This document shows positions 40,488 through 54,800 of a stretch of 64,000 nucleotides of DNA, in pieces. The notes under the pieces were generated by a model. It was given only the letters and a program-made list of their open reading frames with translations, ran no database searches and was not told the DNA's origin. The translations under genes and the position numbers were made by a program. This stretch comes from Trichoplax sp. H2 (taxonomy: Eukaryota), in the NCBI GenBank assembly GCA_003344405.1, contig NOWV01000113.1:1-64000 (forward strand). The letters run 5' to 3'. Every line of letters starts with the position of its first letter. Within the stretch, counting starts at the first letter, position 1.

Positions 40488-42390
40488 GATTTATTAGTAA
40501 AATAGCAATATTTTAAAATCCTGGTAATTGAAACTACTTTTTACCCAAATAGACCAGTGAAATCAAAGCAACTATGAGATCTTTATTAAAAATATTAGCT
40601 TATCTTATAGCAACTTCATTATAGAGTTTCAATATTATGCAAAGACTACTGGGCTATCTCGATACGATATTAAGAAATTTGCTGTAAAACAATATTTATT
40701 AAACCAATTCATTAGTTGCTTTATAATTAAAACAATAAATTTTAGTTCTAAATGCAAAGGAAGTGAGTCAAAAATTATGCACAATATGCAGAATTAGTTA
40801 AATGAGGCTGAGAGAAATGATGTTTATAATTAATTGAAGATATAGCAGCAATTTACCATTCCGCTTAGGACCTATATTATTCCATAAACTTGCTATAGCA
40901 AATGTTTATAATAGGAAGAATTTCAAGCTGGAATTTTGGCAATCCAAAGTTGATTCGATACTGTTTTAGGATAAAGACCTTAGAGAAAGAGATATATTAT
41001 ACGGTTATAAGTACATTTTATACTACCATTGGCTATATGATTTTTCGGTTATTATTTCCCGAGCACGTGTATAGCTATCTCTATCTAATAGTTCATTAGT
41101 CATGTTCTCTATTGCACGTGTTTCTTTCAGTACTAATGTTAAACGTTCTTGGAGATGTTAATTGACATACGTTATTATCATACTTAGAGAAAACTATGAA
41201 AGACATAAGTAATTAATTAAAGGAGAAAAATGACGAGGTATGATTATAGACTACTGCACTCTATTGTAGCTGGAAAAAAATAAAGAATATACTTATTAGT
41301 TGATAGATGCCAACTTGTACCTGATTTCCAATGGTTCAGTCTAGATATATGAGCAAGTATTATAAATAAATGAGTTTTGCTAGTGTAAGAGCATGGCATG
41401 TTAACAATTGACTAATAGTTTCTTTCATTCATGTATGGTCTAATGCAAATGTCCATATTTCATAATTTAGAGATTACAGCAGCTTGACTAGTATGATATT
41501 GAAGTCTATTATAAACGTTCGTTAGAACTAAGTAATATTTGTTTTTAAGATCTTACTCACGCTCTCAATAGAGTCTATTTGCACTATTTTTTAATGTAGA
41601 AGTAATTTATTGATAGTTTCTATAGAGAAATAAAATATAAAATGTATCTATACTGTAATAGTCAGCCAAAGGGAAATAGCGTTAGAATTTTAAAATACTT
41701 CGTATAAATTCACGGTGATTCGAATTTAATATCATCAAGTCGTTTCTATTTCAATTAAAAAACATTAGTAACATATAAATCTTAAAAATGATGAAAATTC
41801 AACTTTTTAATCGAGGAGATCTATTCAGACTAAATTTGTAAGTAAACTTAAGCAATATTCCATTTTAAATCATAACAAAAAATTCCCAAAGCTCGTTTCA
41901 ATTCCAAGATATTGTTAAATTTGGTAATTAATATCTATTATAACCGCAGAATAAACAGAAGAACAGAATATTAAGTAAACAAAATAAGAGGGAGAATAGA
42001 TTAACTTTCCGACAGTTTGCATGACTAATTTATTGTCGATTTTTACAAATTGAGACCTAAATTAGTAAGTTTAATTTATGCTTTCCCTGTAATGTTATCA
42101 AACTTGTTTGATAATCAGCAATATGCTAACTAGAAATAGCCTAAAGAATTATTGATATACAGATGGATAACATTTTTTATCAATAAATTATTAATTAAGT
42201 CCTAAGACAAATGATACTTCATTTTATTGAGAATATTGATAAGTAATCTCATGATAGACAAGAACAATGATAATTCCAAAGAGCATTGTTAGTATGTGAT
42301 CTACCAAGTAATTAAGATACTACTTCAGGCGAGTAGAGCGCAATAAAATACGTATTGAATCTATTCTAGTTACAATATCACAGATACTAG

Positions 42391-45300
42391 ATGGTTATGG
42401 CTAAATTACTTGACTTAGTGGTTATTGGCGTACTTTTTCTTATGTCCGGTACAATATGGACAGGTAAGCATGTACTTTATTAAAGAATTCGATATTAATA
42501 AAGTCTAAGAATACTAACTGTAAAGGTATGCTGCTAGTACTTTTTAAATCGAATTTCCGTCATTTATTATGGTTTATCGATGTTTTAGTTGATTTCTAGC
42601 AAATTCTGTTCTCGTATTTTATCGTTATGCTTTCTTAATAGAGAACTATGTTGTTTGAGTTAATTTAACAACCTCTGACGACCCCGATTAGTAATAGTAG
42701 CCATAATATTTACTTTAATAGTCAAATGATCATTGTAGTCTTGATCTGATATTGGCTGAATTGGTGAACATTTTTAACAGATTCGTAATATTTTGATAAT
42801 TTATCTTTATTAACTAGCAATTCCTTCTCAGATCTTGATTTATTTCCTTTTTATTCTACGCGAACTAACGAAATTAACTAATATCAGTACATCCTTTGTT
42901 CTTGTTTTATGAATGAAATGGCAGTCTTTGATGAGCATCATCAAGCTTTCTTAGCAGAATATCAGAATGTTTTGACGCTCTAATCTTAATTTAAAGTTTC
43001 TATTAAATACTACTTTTGTTTCAAGTTAAGTCTAAGAAATAAAAATGAGCTATTAAGATAGCGTATAGTATACAATATTTTCGTAAACTAATCAGATAGA
43101 CAGAAAATACCAATTAAGCCGTATTGTAGATGTGTCTTGCTGTTAAAAGTATAATTTTAATTACTATACTTCTATAGCATCTTATACATATCACTGTCTT
43201 GCTTGTATGGCAGATATAGTCGAAATTCCATTTAAGAATTTCGAAAGATTAAATCAAATCGAGGCTATCTTAGTCTTTTAATTATGAGGTTTAATTGAAG
43301 AAATTTATTACCGGTGTTGCACAGATTGATTATGGTACAATCATGATTAGAACCGTTAATTTTGATACGACCGCAATTTAAGCTTTAAAAGCAATAATAA
43401 TTGCTCCTTAGCATTAACAGACAAATCATAATCTAAATTCATCAAATAGAGTCGTAGTTGAATGCTAGTCTCGCTCTGTCATTGGAATAATATATCATAA
43501 GGATTGATTAAGCTATTCTATATTGTTTACCGGCAGTATTTTATCTGAGATTAGCTATGATATCAACTATTTCTCAAATGCGATATAAGAGTTGAATGAT
43601 TTAAACAGTATCTTTTAAAATTATGATAGCCAAGCATTGTTAGTTGCCGATTACAATGAACAGCTTGCAGTTTCTTAATAAGCAAGGAGTAAATTGTTCT
43701 GATCCTATTTAACTTATGGACAATTTTCGTAATCGATGTTGCTACTCCAGCGATACTTTTATGTTCAATTCTTACATCTATGTCAGCACTGGTAATCTAT
43801 CTGAATTCTCAATCCTTTAAATAGCAGACCATCACATCATTATATGAATGTCGTTTACATTACTACAATTCTTAAACCTTTCAGTCAAGAATTACATCTG
43901 AATTGCTATTTTAACTTTCATAGAAAGTGTATCTCATAGTCGTTCTGGCAGTTCCGAGAATTTTGCAGCATTCTCTATACAAGACATAGAAGTGTTTATC
44001 GGGCTAGAAAAAAAGGTTTCTAGTCAATTGCACCAATACTTGATTAAGAAGGAAGAAAATTTACAGAAAATGGAAGCTATCTTAGCATCCGTTCGCTATC
44101 AACAAGAGCATCAGATCGTAAAATATGAAGATCAACCACGCTATCCTATCGCTGCTTACACTTTGCTTAAACGATTTATTCACGATTGGTCTAGTATTAC
44201 AAAATTAATGACTCATCAACTTGGTCAAGGTATGTCTATTATTGAAGTAGCCCCTTATTTTATTTTTGGTGGTATTTCTAAGATGTACGGTAGTAATCTT
44301 AATTAAAATATTTTTAACACAATGATACTATACGCATATGATTAATATTTTGCTAAGCAGCTTTAATATTTTGGATTACATCTTCTTTTGTTATCCTTAG
44401 TAAAATAGCTAAGCTATATTTTATCTAATCAAGAAATTTCTACGTTAGAATATTTTAAAATTAAAATCTTGAATAAGTGTAAATATATATTTCTATCTAA
44501 CGGTTTACCATTCTGGTATTCCTAACATACGGTTAAGCGGCATATTCTTAAGTTAGGCATTTATTAGTACAATTATATTATGGATTGGAAACTTTTTGAG
44601 TATATTTAGTGCATTTGACTATTTATAGGTTGAGTATTCCTAGTACTTAAGAAGTGCGTTTTTTCAATCAATAAGTATTTTTTCTATACTACGGCAGTAA
44701 CAGGTTAAAGTCTTACGATTCTGCTTTCACTGATTTTTAATATCAAATATTAAAGATTTTATTAGGAATTTAAGAAGAAGAGAAACGATTTTACCCACAG
44801 TAGTAGATTGGAATTATACCATTAAATCGATCTTACGCCTTCAAACTACGTATAATTTAACAGCGAAGGATTTAGCTGACGGTAAAATACAGGGAACAAA
44901 AGATTTAGGAATCCAATTAAATTGGTTCGATTGTACCATGATTGCTAATGCTGCTAATGAAGAGCGAGGCTTTGGCAATGCTTATGATTGGGCTAAGCTG
45001 GCACTGAAACTATCAGAGAATGCAACTGATATGACAAATGATGTTAGGAAAGAAATAATAAGATCTTTATCGACTAATGCTTTTCAGGTTAGATGTAGAG
45101 TAAAATTTCTTTTAATAGCTTTCAACAATATGTCTTGATCAATTGAATATACTCATATTATCAAAATTTAATCAACAAAAAATTGCAATTCCGATGGACT
45201 TACATCTATAAATGAGCATAGTTCTAGCTAGATTATAATTATAATCAGATATATGTGTATGGTTGAACTCCAGAAAGATATCAAATTAGAGCAAAATAAA

Positions 45301-48300
45301 ACATAAAGTTACGGGTATCTTGTTATAATACTATAGTAATAAAACATCAATTTCTGCATTGAGCCAGTAACAACGATGTTTTATGCTATGTTTCATAATT
45401 ATTTGTTTTCTAGTATAGTTTTTTATTTAAAATAGGAAGGCAGAGTTAATTCAAATTGTAACAGAGTTATCGTATGATTACTTATCATTATAACACATAG
45501 ATTGGTAGGACCAAGGAAGCGATAGGTTATATCCAGGAACTCTTAAAATTGGGTAATATAATCAATCTATTAAGACGAATAGAAGGATTAAAAATCAAGA
45601 TTCTTTTACTGCTCCATTTTATAATGTTAATGACTCGATTTGTTGCTTAACACTAAAATGGATATATATGGGTATTGATTCTCAGATCCTAATGATACCT
45701 CTGCAAAAGATGGTTACGAAAAACTAAAAAGTGCTTTAGCAGAAGAAGCTACCAATGTTCTAAAGAATGGACCTAATCACTTCCAAGATTATGTAAAGAG
45801 ATTAGGAAGAGCTGATTCTACGCGACGTCTTGCAGAAAACACCGAATTCGGCAACCTATGTCGTGGAAATGTTAAAGAGGTTAACTATATACTTTGTTCA
45901 ATTCTGTATCATTTTCCATTCTAAACCTCTATCTTCATCGAAGCATTTCTAGATGCTTTTAAGTTTCATTTATCTACTACATGCAAACATTAACCTAAAC
46001 GTAACTTGCGGTAAAAACAATTGTTTAAGTGTCTATAACTATTCTACATCATTCTATAACGTTAGTAAACAAATTATAAGATAGTCATCGATAGTTAGCT
46101 TACTGATATTAACTTTTATTCAGGTTTATGAACTAGATATAAATAAACTCTCGCTATGCAGCTAAATTTCTTATCTTTTAAAAATAGGAATTTCAAGTCA
46201 GGCTGGCTAATAAGACTTTAAAATGCTACTATTCCAATCAATCGCCTCTTTTGTATCTAGCTCCAATTCCAGTTGAAGAAATTTCTCTTGATCCCTTCAT
46301 CGTTATTTATTATGACATTATTAACGACCATCAAATAGAAACGATAAAAAAAATCTCTCGTAAAAAGGTATGATAGAAGAACCGTGGTAAATTCGACACC
46401 CAAATCTACGATTAAAATTAAAAGATGAAAATTTCGTATATTATGTAATTAATTGAGGCAAAGTTACCGATATAATATGTGCTTAGATGAAAGCAGCTGG
46501 TTTGCATAAAGATGATCCTAATGATCGCATTAAAGTTAACGCAACCGTCCGTTTCGCAAAACAGTAGGTATTTTTATCAATTAATACTGATGTGCTGCAT
46601 AGAATTATATGATGTAATTGTTACAATTCTCCTTTGTAACTAGAAAACAGGTCTTAAACACTACTTTCAGGGACATATCGTAGTTGAACTAACTCTCAAC
46701 TATACAAATAAGCTACTAATAAGTAATAGGTTTAAATACTTTACTTTATTTACGTTAATCTTAGCCGTAAAATGTACTAAAGAAAAACGTAAGAATATTC
46801 TTAGCAATAGCAGTCAAGTGATCCTGCAAGTGACTAAATGGAACTGAGTAGCTAAGCTAGTGCTCAGCTTTTTATAGTCTCGGCATACGCCGATGGCGCA
46901 CTTGTGAATATTCTTGACATAGCGACTTCCACTGTATAATATACACATATTCTAGTATAGGAGTTCAGTTAAAAGAAGTTAACAATTAACATTAAATTAA
47001 TTAATAGGCCAATTAGAGCCTTAAGGCTCCGCAAAGTAATTGCACCTTACACTTAAGGTGTTATTAATTTATGTTTACCGACACGTCAACAGAATTGGAC
47101 TTTCTGATACTTTGGCAATAACAAGTACTTATTAATAAACATTAATATCTAATAAGCTACTGGAGCTAACAAAAATTTAAATGAGATATTTTAATTAACA
47201 TAGCAATTAATTTGGGAGCATGGCTCCGTAACAGCAATATATAATCCAAAGCTAATTTATTGCGCCTGTCCAATCGTCAAATAATTATCATTACGTTTAT
47301 ATATATGTAAACCAAATCTTCTATTTTTGATTTCATACGTATTTGAGAAATTGCTCTAATAATATATTTTGGATTATTGTCGGACATTTGTGAGTTATTA
47401 GTAATCATCATAGCATGCAAAAAAATCGGTGGATCTAAATAGAATTAAAACTAATAGCACATGTTAAAAAATAGGAGTGCAACACATGCGTTTTACTATT
47501 AAAGGCTATTTCAATTTTAGCGTAATTCCATTATATGATTAATCAATATTATTGACTTCGAAATTAATGCTTGGCATGTATTAAACTTAGTGCTTGGTTA
47601 GATGAAAACATCAGTGAAGTTACTAAAAGCCTATCCCGAATGGCTCAAGCCGTCACTGGCTTGAACATTAAATACTCAGAACACTTACAAGTAAAAAAAT
47701 CATTTTAAATACGGATTAACTTGAAAAGTTTTCAATTTTGCGTTATAATTCTACTCTATTCTACTCTATAAAATCGAACTTAGGTAGCTAATTACGGCAT
47801 AGGTGGCCATTATTTTCCTCATTATGATTATACGGCATTAAAGGTAACTTAATTGGTTTTAATTTATCATATTTTTCTTATCAGTTAATAACCATGAATT
47901 AATTTGATATGTAACTTATAGTTTGGAACTTTGAAACCAAGATTAGCAACATTAATGTATTACGTAAGCTGCTTATCGATATTCGATCTGTATTATAGCC
48001 TCCATTCTTGTTTACGTGATGAAACTTAGTATAGCATAAAGGAGCTTTACTGCAGGCTCGGTTCAGTTCTTCTACATAGGTTTACTACACTAAAAGTAAC
48101 TTAAATCTAGCTAGAATCTTTGATGCTGTAAAGACGAAAATTAAATAGCCATGCCTATTTGGCATTAACTGATAGCTATTTAATCTTGTAATTTATCTGT
48201 TGTAATGCCAATGGAAGAAATGATATTATCATTGTAATAGTTAAGCGATGTAGAAATTGGTGGCGCTACTGTGTTTCCTTTCCTTGGAATTACCGTTCAG

Positions 48301-48748
48301 CCACGTAAGGTATGATAAAAAATGGCCTAAGTTGAAACATTTCAAAGTAGTAATTTATAACTATAGGAATGTCCTGATAATATAAAGCTAAAATACAGTA
48401 GTAGTAAACTGAAGTAGTATAAATATCTGCACATTCACTAAGGATCAGCTCACTGGTCTAGTAGTATTGCTTATATTATCAATATGCCTAAAATATTTTG
48501 CTTAATTTCTAAAGGGAAGTGCAATTTACTGGATTAATCTGTATCGTAATGCGACAACACATCATTATCATACTTTCCATGGTGGATGTCCGGTTTTGAT
48601 TGGATCTAAATGGAGTAAGTGAAAATTGCATTTTTTATTGATACTAATGTTTCTAATGGAAGGATCGAATTTTGTAGTTGCTAATAGGTGGATTAATGCT
48701 AATGGCCAAGAATTGCGATATCCTTGTAGCCTTAATTCGCACGAATAG
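42391..48748 (+). CDS. P4HA: Prolyl 4-hydroxylase alpha subunit-like, array copy 4 (about 551 aa, 13 coding exons)
   Basis: Exons 42391-42463, 43924-44229, 44756-45087, 45501-45552, 45686-45879, 46188-46367, 46487-46563, 47591-47690, 47784-47843, 47922-47963, 48241-48309, 48515-48614, 48678-48748. Motifs: SILRLQTTY, NLCRG, VANYGIGGHYFPHYD, RLATLMYYLSDVEIGGATVFP, TFHGGCPVLIGSKW. Confidence 0.93.
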
Positions 48749-51700
48749 ATTAGGGTTTAAGCAGTGTATTTTACTTATTAATTGTAGCAAAAATTATCGT
48801 TCTATCATCAAAGTCTTGGTATATAATTTAGTATTAATGATAATTTTAATTAATATCATATTTATGTTAGAGAGTGAAATAAACTTAGAAAACATTAATA
48901 AATGAAGAGCGTATTCCAATCTGAATTTACAGTATATTCAATTCCAATGTAATCATAACCGTAATAACATACAGTTCGATTCGGGCATAATAAAGTAAAT
49001 ATTATATTTAGAGCTCATTTTATTGCGATTAAGTGATTTGTCCGCAGTTTATGCTAGCATTACAATGACTCTCGCTAGGTTAATTTACTTGATAAGTTGA
49101 TAGTATAAACTGTATTTAAGAAAGAATTTGAAATTAGTTATAGTCGATGCAATATTTCGCTACAACTGATACTCAATTAAACAACACCAATGCACTGATC
49201 ATCGGAAAGTTATAAAATTGCACAATCAATACTTCTGTCTTATATACTCGTATGTATTTTACTTCCTAAAGGATACAATGGTTTTACCGATTAAAGTATA
49301 TAATGAGGCCCAACTTGTATTTGTATTATTAAATTGTAAATAAATTAACTACCGTAATACATAGAATTCAAATGCTGCGATTAGAAGCTATTATTCGGTA
49401 AAGATAAACTACCTTGGTAAAATAGATCGAGTAAGACGAGATGGAACCATCCTTAATGATTCTAAACCAAAATAAAATTAATCTCATCGGCTCAATTAGT
49501 AGAGTCTTTGTTAATTACTGATTAATTTATATATGTTTTGTTATACATTTTTCTACTCGCATTTGACTTATTAAGCTATAAATAAGTTACTAATTACACA
49601 TATATACTTGCATTGTAACTAATGTATTATATAAAATTTTGAAGCGTTGTGGTCAGAAGCTATTATTCGATTTTAACTAGTATTGGCTAAGGCTTAGGAG
49701 CGTGATACCGTAGGTTAATTCTAATATCTGCTTACATTGGGGTAAATATAATCATTTCTACCCAACATAATACTTGCTGTACTACTATGATTAACATGGT
49801 AATAATTTCTTCGCATCGATTAAAATAGGATTATTGACGAAATCTCTCGCTCTATTTCTATCTTCCTTTTTGAAAACTTTATTACAATGATTTTGATAAT
49901 GAATTCTTTACAATAGTAAAAACATTTCATTGCATTTGAAAAGGCACCGCTTAGTTAATGAAAGCCCATTTATATATTAACTAGGCGTGGTTTTACTGCC
50001 CTTCCTTCAAACTATAATCATCATATAACGATGGTCAGAATTACCAACAAAGAGTGAATAAAAGTACACCTGCTTCCACTTGCAGCTATTTATAAATTTA
50101 TCTTTGACTAAACAAAATTTTTAGGGAAACCCTGTTTAATATTGTAATACACCTTACTACCAAGATAAAACCGGATATCCTTTACTTATTTACTAGATTA
50201 CTTACGTTTTGCACTTCAAAAATTCTAAACTTTATGAATTAACTCTTAGTTATAAATTGGCAGCTAATAAAGGTCGATTATCCATGATATATTTAATCTA
50301 AAATTAAGTTCAAATACAAAATCTCAAGTAAGTATTTCCGCCGTTTACATAAATAGATAGAGTAAACATAGCAGGGAATATTGACTGCCCTACAAATCAG
50401 AAACTGATACAAGAATAATTATTAGATGTATTTTCTATCATAATCAATACAGAATGGGATAAAAAATAAATACTGATCTCTGTCATTCTACGTATATGTC
50501 CAATTCCTGGCACTCTGTCTTAAATGAGTACACCACCGTAGCATACGTTTATCAATTGTAAATGCTTTAGATACCGATTAAGCTCAGAAGTAGCATTACA
50601 TTTATTTAGTAACTTCTTCGTTAAAGCAGAAAGCAGATGTAATAGAATCTCGAAATAAACCTCTACTATCTGTAAATCTAATCTGATAGGTTCGTAGTCT
50701 AATCTATTCTTGATACCCAGGTAAAGTGCATCATATCTACCTATTAAATATTGGTTCCATCTAAATGTTCTATTATGAGTAGTGGATATTATAAAAACAC
50801 TAAAGCTGAAAGAAAAATATGTAGAATCTTCTATGAAATTACTATTGTCTTTAAATTTGATTCTATCGTCGTCTTTCTTTATTCAACTATTGCTATCTCC
50901 ATATCCTATACAAATATAATCTACCCATTAAATATTAATTGTTTGCTAATTCATTGGAAATTCTAATTGATACTTTATTCTGTTTTAGGATTTTGAACTT
51001 GCTGTTAATCAGTATTGTCTAAACTGATGAATGTAACTGTCACAAACCAGCTTCATGACAAGGATAGCGTAAAATAAATCTCTAAATCTCTAAAAATCTG
51101 CGGATTCAGTATTCCTACTCACAAGAATTTAGACGCCTTTAATTCTACGTTAAACTCAACTAGACAATTGAGAACTACTTTATTCAACTATTTGACGGGC
51201 TTATATACCCTTCTACAGCAGCTAACATTCATGAGTCATCGCATAAAAATACTTAGGTGAGAACATCTACTAACTAATTTTCCACAGTCGGACTACAACA
51301 TGTCCTTTCACAGAATCATTTCAGTGCACATTACAGCACAGCATTAAATTTACTGTAACACATTTATAATTAGAGTAATTCCTATTGTAAGTAACTAGTT
51401 GTAATATATTATCACTATATTATATTCACCAAATTTAGATAGCTATTTCTTCACGGTAGTTCGTACCGTGACAGTAACTCATCAATCTCAACACTTCTGC
51501 CAATTTATAGCTGTAAAAGACATAAAGAAACAGCACCTTAGTACTTGTTACCGATTTATATAATTTTCTATCTTGCAGAATCCTTACTGAAGCAGCTCAA
51601 TTGGGATAAAATCGATGTGCTAAGAACCGAAACCATCTAATAGTATATAATACGTTGTTCATTCCTGGTAGTCTTTTGATTTTTGTTAATTTTTCATTCG

Positions 51701-51806
51701 TACATAATTACCAATAAGCAAGAAAAGATCTAAAAATTAACTTTAACTCTTTTAATTCCTATCGTTTACTGGCTAAAGCGCTATATATGAAATTAGAAAC
51801 ACTAAG

Positions 51807-54800
51807 ATGCCCTTGAAAGCCTGTCCAAAGAATTTATTTACTGTTTGTCTTTTAATGACGAGTTTGGCGACTTTTATAAGTTCGTATTTTAGCTGGCTCA
51901 TACTGTTAGTTCTTTGCAGGATATGGTAGGATAGATAGGTTTATTCTAGGTTATACTTAGATTTTAGTCAGTAACATAGATGATATTTAATTTTTATAGT
52001 ATAGATGTAAAAATTCGGTTTACTTGATGCAGTGATGTTTAATAACCTTACAAAAATTCTTGACCTTAGCAATACTGATTTTCTTAGTTTATGCTGATGC
52101 TATTGCATTGCCATGACATTTAGATATCATGCACCCAGTGAATGCTGATTTGGTGTTTGCTGTTAGCACAATCCAAGATATCATTTTGCTTGAAAAAGTG
52201 TTGTATGAGAATTTGCGTAGTTATATCCGATTGGAAAAGAAAAGAATTGCTGAGATTGAAGATCTACTAGGTACTTATGATAATGATAACTTGCAAAATT
52301 ATCTTATGGATAAGCAAGATCCGTATCGAAATCCAATCAGCTATTTTCTCCTCATAAAACGATGGTATACTGTTAGCAATCGACTTAATCTTGCAAGAAT
52401 AGCTCAACAATCAAAAACAAGTATGTACCGTTACATATTAATATGTAGAATATCTAATTTATAAAACTTTTGTCCCCATTCTTTAATACCATGGATAATT
52501 CGTATTAGTGCATATTTTTACTTTAGGTAACCTATAATAATTTAGACTCAAAAATGTATTCGTTCTTGCCATCTTGTGCCCTTAAATTTAAAAATAATTT
52601 CGTAATACTGAATTGAATTCACTTCTAGATTATGATGCAACGTAACTTAGATTACCAACTTTGTTTATCCTTGTTAAGTCTCGTCATATTACTTTCATGG
52701 ATGAGAAGATCATAGACATAGTGTGGGACTGATTAATGTAACCAATGATAAATTTATAAATCATTACTTCTTGTCATTTAAATACTATAAATGATATACC
52801 TAAAGCTTTTTTGAGTTAATTAATGGCTTTATAATTTATAACTCATCTAGTTACTATTATCCTGAAGATATCCTATAGATGATCTAAATAAGTACTTTAT
52901 TATGCATTAATACACTTTAGGTTATCATAAGTAAGACGATTTAAGAGTTAAGATATGACATTAGGTTTACAAGCCATCAGTATATGTCATTTGTAAGCCA
53001 CAAAGAATATAATTGTATGTATAAAACGGTACTAGTTTGAATAGTTTCTGAAATATTTTCAACATTGCTATAGAATTTCTAGAGCTAATAAATCAATACA
53101 AAGACATTTTTCCTACGGATCAAGATAGAAACGATACCGTTAAATCAATTTTAAGGTTGCAAGCCATCTATAACATTAGTGAATCACAGTTTATAACTGG
53201 TAATATTGGAGGAAGGAACGGATTAGGTGCAACTTTAGACGTCCATGATTGCATCATTATAATACAATATGCAATTCATGGTAAAAGTTATTATCAAGCA
53301 TTCAATTGGGCTAAAGCAGCTCTTAACCAACTTGATATGCAAATGAAAATTGATCAAGTCCAGTATATAGAGCTTAAGAAAAAACTGATAGAATATCTAT
53401 CCATTACGGCTTATAAAGTTAGAACCGATAGTGAAAGCGAAGAAATACGAACTGCTAATTTTTATTAATTTCTAAAATTGATTTAATTTTAATTTTTACG
53501 AGTCCAAGTACTTTCTGTTGTACAGGCTGGAAAAATTGAAGAAGCGGTTAAATGGAGCAAAAAAGGATTGCATTTAGGTAATTTTGAAGCAGTCGCGGTC
53601 TTTGTTACCACCACAGCTGTATATGAGCCATTTAGATAATGAATTTAACAGATTCGGTTAAAAAGATCGAAAAAATTGATTATTATCATTACTTAGATCC
53701 CAAGAATATCTCCAAACAGCAAAGAGATCTTGTATATCAGCAAGCGTTACTGAATAAGACCAAAACTAATAACATACCAATAAATTGGCAAAAAAGCGAT
53801 CCTTCTAGTTCCAATACAGCCTCTAAATCCAATAAATCACCTAATCATGCCATGCTATGTAGCGGAATTAAATCTGAAGGAACCCAGGTGAGGTTATTAA
53901 AGCTTAAGCTCTAGTTATATTTATAGTTTGATTTAATTTTTTGTAAATAAATGTACATCTATTACCTTATTTCCAATTCCTAAAATTTTAGTCTTGTATA
54001 AATAAAAGATGTGAACTGAGCGTATACATCAGAATATTAACTATCTTATGACACTGGTTACAGAAAAATGATTCAGTTAAACGAGAAAAATTAAGATGTT
54101 ATTACTACAACCAATCACCTTTATTTTATCTTGCACCTGTGGCAACCGAAGAAATTAGTCTTGATCCCTTTATAGTTATTTATTATCATGTTATAAATGA
54201 TCTTGACATAGAAATATTGAAAGAAATTGCAGCTACTCAGGTTTGACGCTAATTCTTCTAAATAAGATATCGGAAATTCGATTCTCTGGAATAAAAACAA
54301 GATAGCAGACTAATAGCCTAATTATGTTTTCATTTTCTCCAATGTTAAAATCTATCAGTTAGATGTAGCAAGAATTCAACGCCAGGGCTTTCAAGGAGAT
54401 TCCGAAATTGATAGTAGCAAGAGATTGGCCAAATTGTGAGTGATAAATGGCTTATTCAGTTTGTATTATTTTAATCTAGAATTGAGACATCTTGTTAGAA
54501 TTATGGTATTCCAAAGTGGTCTACATTTATAACTTATCAAGCTATTGTGTTCAATAATCATCGTCTTTTAATATATTGTACCGTTTATTGTAATAGCCTA
54601 AATTTCAAATGCTTAGCAGTTATAACATAATCTGCTCGATTACTATCTAGTATAAGTCTTAAAGTATATATATCTTAGGTTCTCTTAAGATATATTTATT
54701 CAAATGCACATAGAATTATTTGTAATGTAGGCTACTACTTATCTATACTGTAATTGTTTGCAAATATGCTTGTTTGCAGTAATGAATATTTTTAAATTGT

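Noticed and set aside
48678-48905. 75-aa ORF after P4HA copy 4
   Set aside because: Wrong-frame reading of the last exon plus 3' UTR.
49370-49680. 15-bp direct repeat AGAAGCTATTATTCG at about 49384 and 49656
   Set aside because: Flanking similarity is too weak to define an element by eye.
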